Assembly (NCBI GenBank): GCA_963669175.1
Contig: OY769902.1
Location: 3,936,001 to 4,000,000, forward strand
Direction: 5' to 3'
DNA length: 64,000 nucleotides
Source: a bacterium
GTDB taxonomy: Bacteria; Electryoneota; Electryoneia; Electryoneales; Electryoneaceae
Part shown: positions 61,218 to 64,000 of the stretch, piece by piece
Layout of the letters: the number at the start of each line of letters is the position of its first letter
How positions within the stretch are numbered: the first letter of the stretch is position 1
Translations under genes and position numbers: made by a program
The notes under the pieces: model-generated
What the model was told of the DNA's origin: nothing
Databases searched by the model: none
Seen by the model: the letters and a program-made list of their open reading frames with translations, nothing else

Positions 61218-62051
61218 ATGTTACATACTTCAACGAGCCTGTATGACCGGTGTATGGAGAAGACGCCGGAGCAGGTGTTTGTGAACTCGCTTCGTCGCGA
61301 GTTTGAGCTTTCACCGGCTGCGAGTACGGGGATATTGGAGCTTGCCAAGCGTTGTTTGTTCGGTACGATGCCGTCAACGCTTGGCAAGCTTCGTTTTTTA
61401 TGTGCGTCCAAGAAAGCTCGTCACGGTCGTCCCTTACGCGAACAAGACCTGATTCGTGTCGAACTGACACTGGATGACGGTGTTGAGGACTTGGATGTTC
61501 TGCGCGAACTGGGCGCTTCATCGCTTCGTCAGCAACGGATTCTTCGGCTAACCGAAGAGACGTACCAGCAGGGTGGGTTGCTGACACAGGAGGATCTGAG
61601 TCGTCTGCTGCACGTTTCAGATCGGACCATCCGCAAGGATATTGCGTTGCTGCTTGCTGACGGGAATACGGTGCATACGCGTGGCTACGACCATGACATT
61701 GGGCGTGGGTTATCGCACAAGGCACGGATCGTTGATTTGTACCTGGGTGGCCGGACCTATGATGAGATCATCCGTCTGACACGTCACAGCGCGTTTGCGA
61801 TCAAGCGCTATGTGAGTACGTTTGGACGCTTGTTGCTTCTGCTTAGCCATGACATTACCGAGCTGACCGACCTGAGCCGTCTGCTTCAACAGAGCGAACG
61901 GTTGACGGGTGAGTACCTGGATCTGTTTGCAAAATACAAACAGGGTGATCACTGGCCGACAAGCTATGTCGAACTTCTGGAGCAGTTGCAAGCACAGTAT
62001 CCCTCAAAAAAAAGAGCGGGACAAGGTGGCGGAGGCGTCCATGAAAACTGA
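61218..62051 (+). CDS. DUF1670-like protein A
   Basis: ETYQQGGLLTQEDLSRLL..SDRTIRKDI, TRG..DIG..SHK, RHS..AIKRY, recognised from memory of the family; GGAGG RBS before ATG 61218. Confidence 0.8.
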   Translation: MLHTSTSLYDRCMEKTPEQVFVNSLRREFELSPAASTGILELAKRCLFGTMPSTLGKLRFLCASKKARHGRPLREQDLIRVELTLDDGVEDLDVLRELGASSLRQQRILRLTEETYQQGGLLTQEDLSRLLHVSDRTIRKDIALLLADGNTVHTRGYDHDIGRGLSHKARIVDLYLGGRTYDEIIRLTRHSAFAIKRYVSTFGRLLLLLSHDITELTDLSRLLQQSERLTGEYLDLFAKYKQGDHWPTSYVELLEQLQAQYPSKKRAGQGGGGVHEN

Positions 62052-62871
62052 GGTACGGAACCGTTATGAATCCCTGCCGAAGCGGAACTTTCGCACTGCG
62101 ATCATCCGGTTGTTGGAAGAGCAGTACAAGATTCTTGGCAGCCACAAGGTCTTGGCCATGGTGGCGGATGACATCATGCAACTGCACCGTGAGTTCTATC
62201 CGGATATCGAGCAACGCAGCGGTGGCAGTATTGTGTGGCGTACGACAGGTGCACAGTGCCACAAGCCCAGCTATGGGACACGGGTAGAAGACTATGAGGT
62301 GAAGACCGTCATTCTTCCGCTTGTCACTGAAGAAGATGTGGTTGATCGTATTCGTCGCCACTATGGAAAAGACGGTGCGGGCAAACAGCGCGACAGGGAT
62401 ATTGCAGTGCTGGCGCGGTTGGTGAAAAGCGCGTACGAACAAGGCGGGTTATTAAGCGGCGCGGAATTGAGTGTGTTGTTGAACCGGTCGCTGACGACCA
62501 TTGGCAAGTACATCCAACAGTATCATGAAACGCATGATGACATCCTGCCGACGAAAGGAATCATGTTGGACCAGGGAAGCCGTCCCACACACAAGGCCGC
62601 AATCATTGACCTGTACGAACAGGGCTATCCGGAACCGGATATCGCTCGCTTGACCACGCATACCCTTGAAGCGGTGGGTCGTTACTTGCGATCTTACAAA
62701 AACATCAAGTTCCTGATGGTCAAAGAACTTAATCTGATGGAAATTGTGCGTACTACCGGACTCGGACGTAGTACAGTGGTCCAATATCAGAAACTGGTGA
62801 TGCAGTATCATCCTGACCTTAAACCTAAAGATAAACAAAAAGATACAACGAAAAAGGACAAGAAAAAGTAA
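62041..62871 (+). CDS. DUF1670-like protein B
   Basis: AYEQGGLLSGAELSVLLNRSLTTI, PTKG..DQG..THK, THT..AVGRY; GGAGG RBS; overlaps the ORF A stop. Confidence 0.8.
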   Translation: MKTEVRNRYESLPKRNFRTAIIRLLEEQYKILGSHKVLAMVADDIMQLHREFYPDIEQRSGGSIVWRTTGAQCHKPSYGTRVEDYEVKTVILPLVTEEDVVDRIRRHYGKDGAGKQRDRDIAVLARLVKSAYEQGGLLSGAELSVLLNRSLTTIGKYIQQYHETHDDILPTKGIMLDQGSRPTHKAAIIDLYEQGYPEPDIARLTTHTLEAVGRYLRSYKNIKFLMVKELNLMEIVRTTGLGRSTVVQYQKLVMQYHPDLKPKDKQKDTTKKDKKK

Positions 62872-62885
62872 CCACTATCAACTGA

Positions 62886-62907
62886 AAACCTACCGGAAAT
62901 ATTTCCT
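62886..62907 (-). repeat. Right terminal inverted repeat (AAACCTACCGGAAATATTTCCT on the plus strand)
   Basis: Inverted copy of 61118-61139; contains the perfect palindrome GGAAATATTTCC. Confidence 0.9.
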
Positions 62908-62944
62908 AATAGTAAGTAGAACAGGTTTCAGATTCTAGAACCTC

Positions 62945-62972
62945 GAGATCCCCGGTCAGGCTCGGGAATGAC
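62945..62972. repeat. Degenerate REP-like palindrome
   Basis: GAGATCCCCGGTCAGGCTCGGGAATGAC resembles the GATCCC...GGGA(A)TGAC extragenic palindrome type. Single copy in this window. Confidence 0.35.
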
Positions 62973-63020
62973 ATGATGGAACATGGTTGACAAGCTTTAC
63001 TGCTATTCCCTTCATTCACG

Positions 63021-63056
63021 AAAGCGGGACTGACATCGTTGTCAGTCCCGCTTTTT
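63021..63056. terminator. Intrinsic terminator, probably bidirectional
   Basis: AAAGCGGGACTGACA-TCGT-TGTCAGTCCCGCTTT plus TT, lying between convergent genes. Confidence 0.85.
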
Positions 63057-63075
63057 ATCTCAAAAAATCGTACTC

Positions 63076-63570
63076 TCAATCCTGTTTGACAATCTGCACC
63101 ATCTTGAACTCTTCCAGACGGTCAGTCCGTTTCACACGTTTGCCTTCGATAAGCGGCGGATGGTACCAGGCATAATCCACATGTCCCTGTGCGGATGCCA
63201 GGATCAGGCAATCCGGCTTGGCCACCTGGTACAGAAATTCGCTATCCTGAGGATTGGCGTAAGCATGAATTATTTTCGTCTTTTCATCGAGCCATGCCTT
63301 TCCTTTCCCGGAATGCAGACGTAACGCTACTCCCTTGGGAAGGACTCCATTCAGTTTGGCGACCAGCGCTTCTTTCTTTTCGACATTATCTCCAAAACCA
63401 ATATACACAAGATGCCTGATTTCCAAACCATCCAGCTTTACATCCTGCTGGCCGGGATTACGAATCTGCACCCATTCATCGTTCAGGATTTCGTTGGGTA
63501 CCCACTTGTTCATCCACGCATGCTTTTTTCGTGGTTGAACCATCGCAGCTTCAATAAAGATAACAGGCAT
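63076..63570 (-). CDS. Lamin-tail-domain-like protein
   Basis: LNDEWVQIRNPGQQDVKLDGLEI...LRLHSGKG...VD pattern; GAGGGG upstream. Confidence 0.6.
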   Translation of the reverse strand: MPVIFIEAAMVQPRKKHAWMNKWVPNEILNDEWVQIRNPGQQDVKLDGLEIRHLVYIGFGDNVEKKEALVAKLNGVLPKGVALRLHSGKGKAWLDEKTKIIHAYANPQDSEFLYQVAKPDCLILASAQGHVDYAWYHPPLIEGKRVKRTDRLEEFKMVQIVKQD

Positions 63571-63760
63571 GTTCCGCTCGGTCCCCTCAATACTATACCG
63601 AACCCTTTTGTAAGAATTTACAACAACTTTCTTCGTTTACAAATCCTTTTCAAACAATTAGATGCACAACTGGTCTCCAACAAGAAAGGAAAAGCCTGCC
63701 GACAACTTCACATGTATAAGTCGTCAACAGGCCCAATGTAAAGTCTTACTTTTTCTACAA

Positions 63761-63994
63761 TTAGTCAACCAATGCAACAGCCAGCAATGTAGAAAGCGCC
63801 AGCCTTTCAGCCCCATCAGCACGTCCCGCAAGGGCTACAGGCGTCATTCCACCTACCATCACAGAACCGGCTTGGGCGCCACATAGAGTCACTGCCGACT
63901 GGTAGATAGTACGTGAGACTGTCAGGTTCGGACCGATTATTCCATCCGCTTGTCCGGCAACCTCACCCTTCGCCTTTTTCTTCTCCGCTGCCAT
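63761..63994 (-). CDS. Possible small hypothetical protein
   Basis: 77-aa ORF at the window edge with no recognisable motif. Confidence 0.3.
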   Translation of the reverse strand: MAAEKKKAKGEVAGQADGIIGPNLTVSRTIYQSAVTLCGAQAGSVMVGGMTPVALAGRADGAERLALSTLLAVALVD

Positions 63995-64000
63995 TTTATT

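Larger units (their letters stand above)
61118..62907 (+). mobile_element. Putative IS-like element carrying two DUF1670-like genes
   Basis: 22-bp terminal inverted repeats (21/22 identical), AATA direct repeat immediately outside both ends, and two coupled paralogous ORFs filling the interior. Confidence 0.8.

Noticed and set aside
1-64000. CRISPR array, rRNA or tRNA genes
   Set aside because: I saw no regularly spaced direct repeats, rRNA signatures or convincing cloverleaf in the intergenic gaps. This was by eye only.

Overview
This 64 kb window is gene-dense chromosomal DNA from a diderm bacterium. Three proteins end in a T9SS/Por-type sorting domain (YPNPFN...K*) and there is an hrcA-grpE-dnaJ block without dnaK, so it probably belongs to an FCB-superphylum lineage (inference). 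Most of it is housekeeping on the minus strand: guaA (partial), surE, amidase, ABC-F, tatA, lipA, a DinG-like helicase, nadD, bamD, lnt, ruvX, HU/IHF, relA/spoT, dnaB, UDG, coaBC, rpoZ, gmk, yicC, rsmD, comEA, dnaJ, grpE, hrcA, ftsEX, tatD and an MsbA-like exporter. The plus strand carries two giant acidic secreted proteins (2070 and 1485 aa), two transporters and a few signalling genes. Main observations: (1) a 1790-bp putative mobile element (61118-62907) with 22-bp terminal inverted repeats and a 4-bp AATA flanking duplication, inserted in the stop codon of a T9SS cargo gene and encoding only two paralogous DUF1670-like proteins with no recognisable transposase; (2) a recurring ELD[D/E] motif at module boundaries of both giant proteins, suggesting Asp-directed processing; (3) an orphan sigma54-type promoter ahead of a structured, terminator-ended RNA of about 125 nt; (4) a BamD/beta-barrel fusion; (5) a nested palindromic REPIN/MITE-like element. 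I saw no rRNA, tRNA or CRISPR array. All calls come from reading motifs by eye; no database searches were run.
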